Below are positions 1-8,565 of a stretch of 56,247 nt of DNA, one piece after another. Origin of the DNA: a virus. Taxonomy: Duplodnaviria > Caudoviricetes. Every line of letters begins with the position of its first letter. The stretch's first letter is position 1. Location: the IMG/VR virus record IMGVR_UViG_3300012349_000002, positions 1-56,247 of that record. The stretch is one strand, 5' to 3'. Under the pieces are notes generated by a model. That model had not been told where the DNA came from. It saw nothing but the letters and a program-made list of their open reading frames with translations, and did not search any database. Made by a program: the position numbers and the translations under genes.

Positions 1-123
1 CCTGAACAAAACACAGCAAGAAAGAGATGCAGCATTGAGCGAAAATCTTAAACTCCAAGAAGCTAACGGCGACGCTGCGGCAGAATATGTTCGGTTGATA
101 GCTCAAATAGATTACGAAAAAGG
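1..123. repeat. Terminal direct repeat, left copy (circular-assembly overlap or terminal redundancy)
   Basis: 1-123 is identical to 56125-56247. Confidence 0.95.
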
Positions 124-274
124 TCAGCGCAAATTGCTGTGGCAAAGCTTCCAAGAACTTGAAGCACAGCGCGATGAGCTACTGGCAGCGTGCAAAAGGA
201 GTTTGACGGCTGATATTGCAACTTGTGATCGCATGCTTCGCGCCGCAATCGACAAAGTGGAGGGAAACCAATGA
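1..274 (+). CDS. 3' part of a coiled-coil hypothetical protein that starts at 56048 and crosses the join
   Basis: Frame from ATG 56048 (MQNTQTNTTAQAQPDNSAKWQDIHFVLNKTQQERDAAL...) runs into the 35..274 ORF; stop overlaps next start (ATGA). Confidence 0.75.
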   Translation, partial: LNKTQQERDAALSENLKLQEANGDAAAEYVRLIAQIDYEKGQRKLLWQSFQELEAQRDELLAACKRSLTADIATCDRMLRAAIDKVEGNQ

Positions 275-480
275 AAACACGATTGATTGCAACGGAAACT
301 TGGACGGAAATAATTCCAGCAGGAGAATTCGAATTTGTTTCTATTCATGGGACAAGAGACGGTTCTGTGACTATCCCGGAACAAATTCTCAACTACTACA
401 AAGGGCAACGCTTCACGGCACGCAATAAGCGTCAATTGAATGCAGCCCTCGCAACCGGCAAATGGGAAATAGAAAGGTAA
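271..480 (+). CDS. Hypothetical early protein
   Basis: ATGA-coupled to upstream gene, GGAGGG upstream. Confidence 0.65.
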   Translation: MKTRLIATETWTEIIPAGEFEFVSIHGTRDGSVTIPEQILNYYKGQRFTARNKRQLNAALATGKWEIER

Positions 481-486
481 AATAAA

Positions 487-630
487 ATGAACACGCAAGT
501 AATTGAATCAGCTTGGAGGCGGTGGCGGAAACCAAAACGATACTTCGGCACGTTTTTTGAAGTCGTCAAGGCTTGGGAATGCGGCCGCGAACCGTATCCA
601 GCGGTACGAAAAGCAGGAGGTACGAAATGA
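487..630 (+). CDS. Hypothetical 47-aa early protein (MNTQVIESAWRRWRKPKRYF...)
   Basis: Read manually; fills the gap and its stop overlaps the ATG at 627. Confidence 0.55.
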   Translation: MNTQVIESAWRRWRKPKRYFGTFFEVVKAWECGREPYPAVRKAGGTK

Positions 631-827
631 GCGAGACTGTTTTCACGGCAGCGACTAGCGACATAGACATGGCAAACTTGGGAACTAGCATCACGGCTAG
701 CCAAATCTTAGAGGGAGAGCCTCGCTTTCGCAAAAATCAACGCAAACACACACGAATCGCAGGCTTGGCGGAATATCTCGTGTGGTACAATAACCCGAAA
801 TGCACCAATCCAGGGAGGTTAAAATGA
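627..827 (+). CDS. Hypothetical early protein
   Basis: GGAGG SD before ATG 627; coupled to neighbours. Confidence 0.6.
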   Translation: MSETVFTAATSDIDMANLGTSITASQILEGEPRFRKNQRKHTRIAGLAEYLVWYNNPKCTNPGRLK

Positions 828-1003
828 GCCATTGTGAACCGTATCCAATGGTACGAACAAATAAAATTACGCGCCGGACGTGCGAATCATGCGGTGCAAG
901 CGTTCGTGAAATCTATTATTCGATCACTTGGCATGGTGCCTTGACTATAAAGAACGGGAAATTACGCGCATTGCGGAAAGGCACGCTATGTTCGCAAAAC
1001 TGA
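824..1003 (+). CDS. Small CxxC hypothetical protein
   Basis: GGGAGG SD before ATG 824; CESC motif. Confidence 0.55.
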   Translation: MSHCEPYPMVRTNKITRRTCESCGASVREIYYSITWHGALTIKNGKLRALRKGTLCSQN

Positions 1004-1013
1004 GAGGTACGAA

Positions 1014-1388
1014 ATGAGGCACGATCCACGAATTTACGAGCGCGATTCCAGAGAATTTCGCGATCTATCGTTTGCGCAAGCGGAACGAGAAAAGGAAATC
1101 AACGCTGGACTTGAAAACAATTTGCCCGTGCCTTTGCTGGCCGAGCCGCTGGACAGCGTGCAGGAAGGCGGCGAAGCGCGAGAGAGCAAACGAAACGGAA
1201 AGCCCAACCGTGACGCTCGCAAGGCGGAAAGGGACTCTCGCGGCGGGCAAACTTTTGATGACGGAGGCGAAAGCTATTGCGAATACTTGGATGAGGTACG
1301 AAAACGCGATGAAGAACGCGGCCTAGAATCGAATCCCTACAGTTATGAGGAATATGAGGCAAGGAGAGCGGAGCGCAATGAAGATTGA
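1014..1388 (+). CDS. Charged hypothetical protein
   Basis: GAGG SD, 124-aa ORF in the early gene run. Confidence 0.55.
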   Translation: MRHDPRIYERDSREFRDLSFAQAEREKEINAGLENNLPVPLLAEPLDSVQEGGEARESKRNGKPNRDARKAERDSRGGQTFDDGGESYCEYLDEVRKRDEERGLESNPYSYEEYEARRAERNED

Positions 1389-1563
1389 GTTCGAGCGCGG
1401 GACGAATCCAGAATGGCCGTGTTGCGCGCAGGTGCATTTTATCGGACGCCAGCAGTGGGTATGCGCATGCGGCAAGACTTGGGAGGAAGCGGAGTTGAAT
1501 GTTAGGGCAAAGATCGCGGCATTGAACGAGGTACCGCCACCACCGGAGCCGGTTGAACTATGA
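1378..1563 (+). CDS. Small protein, possibly HicB-like N-terminal fold
   Basis: GKTWEEAELNV resembles the HicB G-x-T-x-EEA-x-x-N motif. Confidence 0.45.
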   Translation: MKIEFERGTNPEWPCCAQVHFIGRQQWVCACGKTWEEAELNVRAKIAALNEVPPPPEPVEL

Positions 1564-1775
1564 AAACACGAGAATCTTTCAATGATGACTTGGGAATTAA
1601 AATCTTTAACGAAGATGGAACCGTCAATCCGCCGCCGTCGGTACACTTTTACCGAGTGGAAGGCGGCTATCGCGGCTGTTGGGACATGTCTCATTCAATG
1701 GTTTGGAATGGACGATTCCACGAAATGCATCCCGATCATGTTCATTCGCCATTCTGCCCTGAAGGAAAACCATAA
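1560..1775 (+). CDS. Hypothetical His/Cys-containing protein
   Basis: ATGA-coupled; abuts the SSB gene. Confidence 0.55.
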   Translation: MKTRESFNDDLGIKIFNEDGTVNPPPSVHFYRVEGGYRGCWDMSHSMVWNGRFHEMHPDHVHSPFCPEGKP

Positions 1776-2456
1776 ATGAGAGAACTAACCATCAGCAAAA
1801 TTCAAGAGTTGAGCAACGGAGAGATCATTCCGTCGTTTCGCGGTACGATTACCAAGGTTTACGAGCAAAAACGTGGTTTGGGTGAGTACGGCGAATGGCA
1901 TCTACAGAATATGATCGTTGAGGATCACACTGGAAAAGTTCAGGTGACATGGGGTGGCGAGGACGATGTGAGCAGCATCGAAGGAGAGACCCGGCTTTTT
2001 GAATCGTCGGAAACCAAACACGGACTGCAAGGTTGCAGATGGGAGATAAAAAAGGTCAATGGAATGGTTTACAAGAGTGTGAAATTGACCGGCTCATGTA
2101 AAATTAAACCTTTGAGCGGTTCGGCATGGGCCGGAGATGAAGCCGCGTCGCGAGGTACGTCTGGAGGTGTCGCCAGGGCGACCGACGTAGCAGGACAACC
2201 GAAAGGTACAGCCTTAGAAGCCTCGCCCGCTCAAAAACCTTATGATCGACAAGCGCGAATTGAACGGCAGCATTCCCAGGAAATGGCAATTCGTGCGATA
2301 GTTGCAACAGGTCCGGCCGATGAAATGGCCATGACGACTTTCCGCAATTTGATTAGCGATTGGACGGATTGGTTCCAAGCCGACTTGGACAACGAGCCAA
2401 GAATAGAAAACGCCGAACCCAATCCAACGGCGGAAGATCACGAGGTTCCATTTTGA
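1776..2456 (+). CDS. ssb: Single-stranded DNA-binding protein (OB fold)
   Basis: OB-like N-terminus (FRGTITKV...NMIVEDHTGKVQVTW); acidic tail ending EDHEVPF, like the SSB DDDIPF tail. Confidence 0.7.
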   Translation: MRELTISKIQELSNGEIIPSFRGTITKVYEQKRGLGEYGEWHLQNMIVEDHTGKVQVTWGGEDDVSSIEGETRLFESSETKHGLQGCRWEIKKVNGMVYKSVKLTGSCKIKPLSGSAWAGDEAASRGTSGGVARATDVAGQPKGTALEASPAQKPYDRQARIERQHSQEMAIRAIVATGPADEMAMTTFRNLISDWTDWFQADLDNEPRIENAEPNPTAEDHEVPF

Positions 2457-2908
2457 GCACATCAAGCAAAGAAGAGGCAAGAAAGCTACTACAAAAAGAA
2501 GGCGAGGTTTATACGTGCGGAACCGGATTCAATCCTAAAAATGAAGAAACAGGTGTGACGACATTTAAGGGTGTATTACCTGCACAGCCGCAGGAGCAAC
2601 TTCCACCGGATGGACGCGAGTTTTATCGTCGCCTAGGACGTGGCGAAAAAGTGATTCTCGGCGACGTTTATATCGGCTCGCAATTTCAGCTTATTGCGGC
2701 AAACCCTTACAACGACAGAGTTGTAGCTGAGGGTAAAAACGAAGGGGAAGGAAAGGGTCCAGCAGTCATTTTCTTTCGGCCAGTTCAACCACCCGCACAG
2801 CCGCAGGAACTAGCCCAACTCGGAGAAAGGGAAATTACCACAGGAGCCATAATCATCGTATTTCTGTGTGTCGCTTGTGGCGCGGCGATTTATAAAGGCT
2901 GGCTATGA
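2453..2908 (+). CDS. Modular hypothetical protein with two PAQPQE linkers and a C-terminal TM helix
   Basis: Probable TTG start overlapping the SSB stop; hydrophobic C-terminus. Confidence 0.5.
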   Translation: MSTSSKEEARKLLQKEGEVYTCGTGFNPKNEETGVTTFKGVLPAQPQEQLPPDGREFYRRLGRGEKVILGDVYIGSQFQLIAANPYNDRVVAEGKNEGEGKGPAVIFFRPVQPPAQPQELAQLGEREITTGAIIIVFLCVACGAAIYKGWL

Positions 2909-3753
2909 CTGAAGTATTGACTGCACAGGAGAAAACACGTGAGGGGCCAGGGATACCCTCCGAGGCGATGCATTGGTACACCCGCAAAGGGCAACCAATG
3001 TATGAGGTTCAAGGCAAAAACGGCAAGATGCGCCCTACCACCTTAGCCGATGCGCGCAAGCTTGATCTTGTTCCCGGCTACAGCACTATTGCGAAACAAG
3101 TCTGGAATTTCGGGCTGCTCCGCTACATGAAAAAAGAGGTGGCGATGAGCGCGCTTACAATCCCGAGAATTGACGATGAGAATGACGAAGCGTTCATAGA
3201 TAGAATCATCGAGGAAGGCGGAGAACATGCGCGTTTGGCTGCTGAACGCGGTACATCTTTGCACAAAGCGATTGCGGATTATCATGTTACTGGGCGATGC
3301 GCGCCGGAATGGATAGAGCATATAAAAGCTGTTAACGCCGCGATGGAACAATACGGTATCGACGTTGCGGCGGGCAGAGCAGAAGTAAGCTTTGCGTCCC
3401 AACTAGGATATGGCGGCAAAGTCGATCTGCACAGCGATACAATCGGAGTTTGGGATTTTAAGACCAAAGAGAAGATCGACGACGAGAAACAACTCGTCTA
3501 CGACAATCACATTATGCAATGCGCCGCTTACGGGTTTGGACTGTTTGGCAAGCCTAGTGACATCTTCGGTCACACGCCTTCTCTCAAAATCGAGAAACCT
3601 TTCCCCGCCGGGAACGTTTTTATCGGCGTCGAAGACGAACAAGTGCGCATATTCGAGCACGAGTGGAACGATCTGCGCAATGGATTCTACATGTTCAAAA
3701 ACTTGTTGGAATATTGGGAGCGCAGCAAGAAATTCGGGCCGTACGCGAAATGA
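2905..3753 (+). CDS. PD-(D/E)XK exonuclease (RecB/lambda-exo-like recombination nuclease)
   Basis: RGTSLH, YGGKVDL, WDFKTK and QCAAY motifs; HWY...PTTLADARKL N-terminus typical of phage exonucleases. Confidence 0.8.
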   Translation: MTEVLTAQEKTREGPGIPSEAMHWYTRKGQPMYEVQGKNGKMRPTTLADARKLDLVPGYSTIAKQVWNFGLLRYMKKEVAMSALTIPRIDDENDEAFIDRIIEEGGEHARLAAERGTSLHKAIADYHVTGRCAPEWIEHIKAVNAAMEQYGIDVAAGRAEVSFASQLGYGGKVDLHSDTIGVWDFKTKEKIDDEKQLVYDNHIMQCAAYGFGLFGKPSDIFGHTPSLKIEKPFPAGNVFIGVEDEQVRIFEHEWNDLRNGFYMFKNLLEYWERSKKFGPYAK

Positions 3754-3829
3754 AAACTGGAGAATTGTTTGTTTTGGGTTTCGTACTAACTGCTGGATTA
3801 CTTTGGGTAATTTGGGTAGTCATGCTGCA

Positions 3830-4195
3830 ATGAATCCCGATCAATCAGAAATTTCAACGATTGAGCAGAGGTTAAAATCCTCAACGAAACGGTTGCACGC
3901 GCTCTCCGCCCAAGTCGGAGCGGCCAAGCAGGTACGAAATTACGACGCGGACCGCCGGAAAAACCTGCTTGCGAAATACGTCGTCAGATACCTCGAGGCG
4001 GGTGAGAGCGCAACCGCCGCCGAACAATATGCGCGTGCGGACGGCGCATATCAATCCGAGCTAGAGTTTCTAGCCAAAGGTCACGAATCTGCGGAGCAGA
4101 CAATAGCGGAATGGGATGCTGAGTTCGCCAGCTTCGAGGCGGCGCGATCACTTTTGAGTATGCAAAAAGAGACAATGAGGACGTTGGAGGGATGA
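3830..4195 (+). CDS. Helical protein, possibly a UvsY-like recombination accessory factor
   Basis: All-helical, SATAAEQYARAD...Y pattern, follows the exonuclease; true start is ATG 3830, not 3410. Confidence 0.5.
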   Translation: MNPDQSEISTIEQRLKSSTKRLHALSAQVGAAKQVRNYDADRRKNLLAKYVVRYLEAGESATAAEQYARADGAYQSELEFLAKGHESAEQTIAEWDAEFASFEAARSLLSMQKETMRTLEG

Positions 4196-4374
4196 GAGAA
4201 AAACACGTTCTGTGGAGAGTAGGCAACGGCTGGATTAGGACGCTAGACGATTATCCCCATTTGGTAAATGACAAAGCAAATATATTCGTGTTCGATAATC
4301 TGCGACAATTTGCAGATTGGAACGCAAGAGAAGAACTTAAAATCGAAAATGAAAAAAAGCCCGCTAAAACGTAA
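4192..4374 (+). CDS. Hypothetical protein
   Basis: ATGA-coupled, GGAGG upstream. Confidence 0.5.
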   Translation: MREKHVLWRVGNGWIRTLDDYPHLVNDKANIFVFDNLRQFADWNAREELKIENEKKPAKT

Positions 4375-4651
4375 AACGACGTTGCGCCGCGTGTCCGATA
4401 GACGCGCTGCCGAACTGCGGGTTTACAATTCTATGCGCCGAATCTTCTTGCAGAATCATCCCTGCTGCGAAATTCCATCACGGGACGGTCTGCCGTCTTG
4501 CATGAAGCGATCCGCGCACATCCATCACGCGAAGGGCAGACTCGGCAAACTTCTCAACGATACACGTTGGTGGTGGGCGGTATGTAATGATTGCCACGCA
4601 TATTTGCACGAGCACGGGAAAGAATCACGCATGAAAGGGCTGATGTTATGA
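4349..4651 (+). CDS. Small HNH-type endonuclease
   Basis: CE...C...HIHHAKGR...AVCNDCH...H pattern. Confidence 0.75.
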   Translation: MKKSPLKRKTTLRRVSDRRAAELRVYNSMRRIFLQNHPCCEIPSRDGLPSCMKRSAHIHHAKGRLGKLLNDTRWWWAVCNDCHAYLHEHGKESRMKGLML

Positions 4652-4824
4652 AGTTCTGGGCGATAGCGAAGTGGTCAGCCATCTCCGTTTATGTTTGTCT
4701 ATGCATCAGTTTCGCCATTTTAATGTTAACGAAGGGGGGACTTCGATATACTCCAATGGCATTTGGAGTCTTGCTTTGCGCAGTATTTGTCATCCTTTTG
4801 TCAAGAACCGATCAATCATCGTGA
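4648..4824 (+). CDS. Two-TM membrane protein
   Basis: Two hydrophobic segments; ATGA-coupled. Confidence 0.5.
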   Translation: MKFWAIAKWSAISVYVCLCISFAILMLTKGGLRYTPMAFGVLLCAVFVILLSRTDQSS

Positions 4825-4934
4825 AAGATTTATGACATTTGGAGACTGGTGTTTCATTATCAGTTGGACCGTAGGAATTATCATCATCGCGATCGGGACT
4901 CTACTCACGATACTCGTAGAGTAAAACTGCAAAC

Positions 4935-5174
4935 ATGGATACAGCTATCGAGAAGTTTCTCATATCCAATGGCAATGACATTTGTCGATGGGATCGCGGA
5001 ACCGTCGTCATCGAGAGTCTATATGCCAAACAATTCGAAAATCTAGGCGGGAACTTGAATCTGTTCGTTGCCATGTTTGAGGATAACGGAAATTCCCAAG
5101 ATGCGACTGATGAATATCTGAAATATCAGCGCATGGCCGAGTTTTTCTATTCAATTAGGGAGAAAAATGATTAA
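4935..5174 (+). CDS. Hypothetical protein
   Basis: 79-aa ORF in the operon run. Confidence 0.5.
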   Translation: MDTAIEKFLISNGNDICRWDRGTVVIESLYAKQFENLGGNLNLFVAMFEDNGNSQDATDEYLKYQRMAEFFYSIREKND

Positions 5175-5376
5175 AGATAAATTCAGTGATCTGAAGATTT
5201 CACGTCAACGCAAGTGGCAGCTCCGCAAAGAGAGCAAGGGCCTGTGTTCGATATGTGGTGAACCGGCAATCAGCGGGGCGCGTTGCGTAACCCACATGAT
5301 CGCCAACCGTGAACAGCAGCGAAAACTTAAGGGTTGCGTTGGACGTTACAATTCTAAAAGCTATCGCCATGTCTAA
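5167..5376 (+). CDS. Basic zinc-finger protein
   Basis: GLCSICG...C..H motif. Confidence 0.6.
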   Translation: MIKDKFSDLKISRQRKWQLRKESKGLCSICGEPAISGARCVTHMIANREQQRKLKGCVGRYNSKSYRHV

Positions 5377-5725
5377 TACTTTCGGAGAACTCTGGAATCG
5401 AATTCAGCGAACGTTGGAAAATCCAATGGATGTACCTCCAAGTGTGGATGACATCTGCCAGAATCGTCATAAAGGGAATGAAGAGTCGCGCGCCGCATTT
5501 GATACCATCAAAGGCACGCTAAGCGTCCAGCAAGAACGAGTGCTCCGTGCGATCCGAGATAGCGACACTGGCCTCACGGTCGATGAGATCGCAGTAAATC
5601 TCGGCGCTACACCAAACCAAATCTCCGGGCGCGCATCGGAACTGAAGAGGCAAGGCCGAATAATCAAGGCCGGTACTCGACTGACTCGCTCGGGTTGCTC
5701 GGCGGCTATTTTACAAGCGCTATGA
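5369..5725 (+). CDS. Winged-helix DNA-binding protein
   Basis: GLTVDEIAVNLG..PNQISGRASELKRQGRI winged-HTH signature. Confidence 0.75.
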   Translation: MSNTFGELWNRIQRTLENPMDVPPSVDDICQNRHKGNEESRAAFDTIKGTLSVQQERVLRAIRDSDTGLTVDEIAVNLGATPNQISGRASELKRQGRIIKAGTRLTRSGCSAAILQAL

Positions 5726-6003
5726 AAAGTAAACATCGAAGCTATATAAGACGACAGCAGCGCGCGGTTAGCTGCGAACATTATTGGTTCTATGAGAGTT
5801 TAATCTGGCAAGCACGAGATGGCCGCGATGAAGTCGCAGTGGGCCGCTACTGCGCGAAATGCAGCAAGATGCAGACAGCCGTCGCACGTAACTGGTACGC
5901 TATACCAAAATCTTACGTCGATATGCGGGAAACCTTAGAGAAATCAATAAGTAACCACAGAATTATGGCGGCGAAAATTTCTGAAAATAAATCTTGCCAG
6001 TGA
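5722..6003 (+). CDS. Hypothetical protein with CxH and CxxC
   Basis: ATGA-coupled; CEHYW and YCAKC. Confidence 0.5.
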   Translation: MKSKHRSYIRRQQRAVSCEHYWFYESLIWQARDGRDEVAVGRYCAKCSKMQTAVARNWYAIPKSYVDMRETLEKSISNHRIMAAKISENKSCQ

Positions 6004-6029
6004 TTGACGAATACTGTATTTGACCAGTG

Positions 6030-7040
6030 ATGTTCGCGAAGGTCTTTGAACAAATTTTCGATTCATCCATCGCCGAAGATTACAATTGCCGCCGAATGTT
6101 CATGGACTTGCTTGTGCTCGCCGATTCGACCGGAGCCGTCGATATGACACCGGAGGCCATCTCGCGACGTACGAATGTCCCGGTCGAAGAAGTTGTCAAA
6201 TATGTCAAAGAATTATGTCAACCCGATGCAAAGAGCAGATCGAAGCTCGAAGAAGGCAAACGATTGGTGCCATTGGATTCGAATCGAGACTGGGGCTGGA
6301 AGATCGTAAATTACGTTCATTATCGTAAGATTCGTGACGAAGCTGCTCGCAGAGAATACTTTAGAGATAAACAGCGAGAACACAGAATTCGCGAGAAGAA
6401 AGGCAAGAAACTGCCATCCGCCAATCTAAAAACCCGGATCGACGGGTTCATCTACTACGCCCAATCTGGTAATCAAATAAAGATCGGTTACAGCAATAAC
6501 CCACTCAATAGGATCGCAGAGATGAAAGTAGCGTCTCCCGACATAAAACTTTTGGCTGTTGAAAAAACCGGGCAGGATGTCGAGGGGGAAAGACATCGGA
6601 GATTCAAGGCGATTCATATTGCTGGAGAATGGTTTAAGGCGGATAAAGAACTTATGGACTTTATCTTATCCCTGCCCGTATTTGACAGAGTGTTGACAAA
6701 AGTTGACAACAATGGACAGGTGTTGACCCCTCCTTCTCCTTCTTCTTCTGCTTTATTCTGGGAAGAGTTAAAGAGAAACCCTCTTTATACTGGAGTCGAA
6801 ATTGACCGGGAATTGGAGAAGGCAAAACAGTGGTGTCGCCGAAAGGGAAGACGACTTACGCAAAGGTTTTTCGAGAATTGGTTGAGCAAGGCTGATCGCG
6901 TTCTCGTCGATGTTCCCGTAAAGAAGAAGCAATATCCCAAGTTCGCTCCTGATCTCACTGACGAACAGATCGCAAAAAACAAAGCAGTAATCGCGACAGA
7001 GAAAGCGAAGCTGCTAGAGAAATTTAAAATGCCAGTATGA
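6030..7040 (+). CDS. Replication initiator/replisome organiser with an embedded T5orf172 (GIY-YIG-like) domain
   Basis: N-terminal wHTH-like FAKVF..IFDSSI...GWKIVNY; central IYYAQ..IKIGYS.NP..R...H.RF.....GEWF; internal iterons. Confidence 0.7.
   Translation: MFAKVFEQIFDSSIAEDYNCRRMFMDLLVLADSTGAVDMTPEAISRRTNVPVEEVVKYVKELCQPDAKSRSKLEEGKRLVPLDSNRDWGWKIVNYVHYRKIRDEAARREYFRDKQREHRIREKKGKKLPSANLKTRIDGFIYYAQSGNQIKIGYSNNPLNRIAEMKVASPDIKLLAVEKTGQDVEGERHRRFKAIHIAGEWFKADKELMDFILSLPVFDRVLTKVDNNGQVLTPPSPSSSALFWEELKRNPLYTGVEIDRELEKAKQWCRRKGRRLTQRFFENWLSKADRVLVDVPVKKKQYPKFAPDLTDEQIAKNKAVIATEKAKLLEKFKMPV
6682..6760. repeat. Helically phased iterons plus pyrimidine tract: probable replication origin
   Basis: TTGACA at 6682, 6693, 6703, TGGACA at 6713, TTGACC at 6723 (spacing 11,10,10,10), then a CT-rich run. 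Confidence 0.65.
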
Positions 7041-7255
7041 AATCCTCGATTGACCTTGGCTTGGCTATCTCCGGCCTGTACGCGCGAAAAGGCGTGCCTA
7101 TGACGCACGACGAGATTGCGGCCTATTGCGGATGTTCTTGGCAACGAATCTGGCAGATTGAACAGCGCGGGCTCCGCAAACTTCGCAATCGCCTCCACTT
7201 TCATAAGAGTGATCCTGAGGTGCGGGAACTAATCGAAAGTCTACAGGGGCGATGA
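7037..7255 (+). CDS. Sigma-70 region-4-like HTH regulator
   Basis: MTHDEIAAYCGCSWQRIWQIEQRGLRKLR matches the sigma r4 pattern. Confidence 0.8.
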   Translation: MKSSIDLGLAISGLYARKGVPMTHDEIAAYCGCSWQRIWQIEQRGLRKLRNRLHFHKSDPEVRELIESLQGR

Positions 7256-7431
7256 AACTTTGCAAAATTTGCTGTAGGGAGACAAATATGTTGTTCAACG
7301 TTGCAATGCGCAAAACGTCGATTTGTGAGTTCTGCGCCAATCAGATCGCATGGCAACGAACCGAAGATTTGATTTGCAAAGACAATGCCCGACTTAATAA
7401 TTCGCAATTTTTAGCAAAATTACCGCGATGA
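7252..7431 (+). CDS. 59-aa zinc-finger protein (MKLCKICCRE...ICEFCAN)
   Basis: Read manually; two CxxC; ATGA overlaps at both ends. Confidence 0.6.
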   Translation: MKLCKICCRETNMLFNVAMRKTSICEFCANQIAWQRTEDLICKDNARLNNSQFLAKLPR

Positions 7432-7850
7432 ACGACCTTCTCAGTATATTCCCCCGTGCCTCTAAATCATGCCAAGAGGCCAACCCCGCTATCTTGACCC
7501 TCCCGGACAATAAAAACGATTTTACGGAGGGGGGTGGCAAGAAACGGCATCAAATGAACAAGACTGAAGCCGAATTTGCCCTAATCTTGGAAGCCATGAA
7601 GCGGAAGGGCGAGATTCTACGTTACGAATACGAGGGAATCACGCTTCGTTGGGCTGATATGCGGTACACGCCGGACTTCATCTGTTTTTCGGTCAACGAT
7701 CCATGGTGGTCGATCAAGTTGATCGAAGTCAAAGGCGCGCACATTTGGGATCGGGACATCGTACGGTTCAAGGGCGCCAGAGCTTACTGGCCGGAGTTCA
7801 GCTTTGAGCTTCATCAAAAAAAGGGAGGACAATGGACGAGGATAATGTAG
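7428..7850 (+). CDS. DUF1064-like PD-(D/E)XK endonuclease (possible junction resolvase)
   Basis: MNKTEAEF...YTPDF...IEVKG motifs. Confidence 0.7.
   Translation: MNDLLSIFPRASKSCQEANPAILTLPDNKNDFTEGGGKKRHQMNKTEAEFALILEAMKRKGEILRYEYEGITLRWADMRYTPDFICFSVNDPWWSIKLIEVKGAHIWDRDIVRFKGARAYWPEFSFELHQKKGGQWTRIM
7485..7509 (+). repeat. 25-bp dispersed direct repeat, copy 1
   Basis: CCCGCTATCTTGACCCTCCCGGACA, identical to 55081-55105. Confidence 0.9.
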
Positions 7851-7999
7851 AAAACCTTCTGCCTTGTCCGTTCTGTGGCGCCGAATGCGACGATTGCAGA
7901 AATGAAGAAGGCGAAGGTTACCTTGGATGCTCAAACGCGAAATGTCCTGCCAGTAGATTGGCAGTGACAGATGAACAATGGAACCGACGTGCCGAGTGA
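7832..7999 (+). CDS. Lar-family restriction-alleviation-like protein
   Basis: Read manually: LLPCPFCG...C....C...WNRRAE; GGGAGG SD. Confidence 0.75.
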   Translation: MDEDNVENLLPCPFCGAECDDCRNEEGEGYLGCSNAKCPASRLAVTDEQWNRRAE

Positions 8000-8000
8000 T

Positions 8001-8102
8001 TTTCCCGCGACATTCGATGTGTCGGGAGCCGCTGGGGTTCGTGTGTTCCCCTGCGACGGCAATCCGCGCTCTAGACCCTGAAAGCTAGGGCGCGGCGGGA
8101 AA
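8001..8102 (+). ncRNA. Putative multi-stem (cloverleaf-like) structured RNA element
   Basis: Closing stem TTTCCCG/CGGGAAA with three inner hairpins, one of 11 bp (8064-8095). Confidence 0.5.
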
Positions 8103-8109
8103 TAACTCA

Positions 8110-8565
8110 ATGAACGATTGGATTACAAAGAAATGCATGACATGCGGCGCGGAATTTCGTGGCCGGCATTTTATGAAACAATGCAAATCATGTTATTGGT
8201 ACGACAAAGGTTTTGCGTGGCGCTGCCCGAAGCGCAAAGCACTCCATACTCCCGACGATCTAAAAATGCTTTGGTATGGCGGGGTTGTTGGTTCCGGTAT
8301 GTGGGGCGAAAAAGAATTGCTCATGAAAATCGAATCGCGAGGAGGATTCGAACAATACTCGCACGAAAACTGGGATGAGGTATGGAAAGTCGAACTTTAC
8401 GCCTCGCGATATGGATTGCAACCATCAGTCCATCATCATGATCCTCCAGTGGAAACTAGCGGTTCTTGTCTTATTTGTGCTATAAAAGATGCAGTCGCGG
8501 AAGCGAAGAAACGAGAAACTATTGAGACATCGAAAATTAACAGCAGTCCGTTGCTCCAGCCCTGA
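8110..8565 (+). CDS. Hypothetical Cys-containing protein
   Basis: CMTC, CKSC and CLIC motifs. Confidence 0.55.
   Translation: MNDWITKKCMTCGAEFRGRHFMKQCKSCYWYDKGFAWRCPKRKALHTPDDLKMLWYGGVVGSGMWGEKELLMKIESRGGFEQYSHENWDEVWKVELYASRYGLQPSVHHHDPPVETSGSCLICAIKDAVAEAKKRETIETSKINSSPLLQP

Larger units (their letters stand above)
589..1302 (+). repeat. Cluster of GGTACGAA motifs, including two GAACCGTATCCANNGGTACGAA copies
   Basis: GGTACGAA at 603, 619, 850, 1006, 1295; 22-mers at 589-610 and 836-857 match 20/22. Confidence 0.8.

Noticed and set aside
1-123. Terminal repeat as a biological direct terminal repeat or att site
   Set aside because: It falls mid-gene and no integrase is present; an assembler overlap of a circular contig is the simpler explanation
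1072-1326. Second overlapping + frame ORF inside 1014..1388
   Set aside because: No convincing SD or recognisable motif, so dual coding cannot be supported
3410-3829. 5' extension of the 261-aa ORF overlapping the exonuclease
   Set aside because: Shadow frame; the plausible protein starts at ATG 3830
6682-6728. Tandem TTGACA as multiple -35 promoter boxes
   Set aside because: No matching -10 elements; the 10-11-bp phasing inside an initiator gene fits iterons better
8001-8102. tRNA gene
   Set aside because: Cloverleaf-like, but lacks a T-loop GTTCRA in the right place, a 7-nt anticodon loop and tRNA arm lengths
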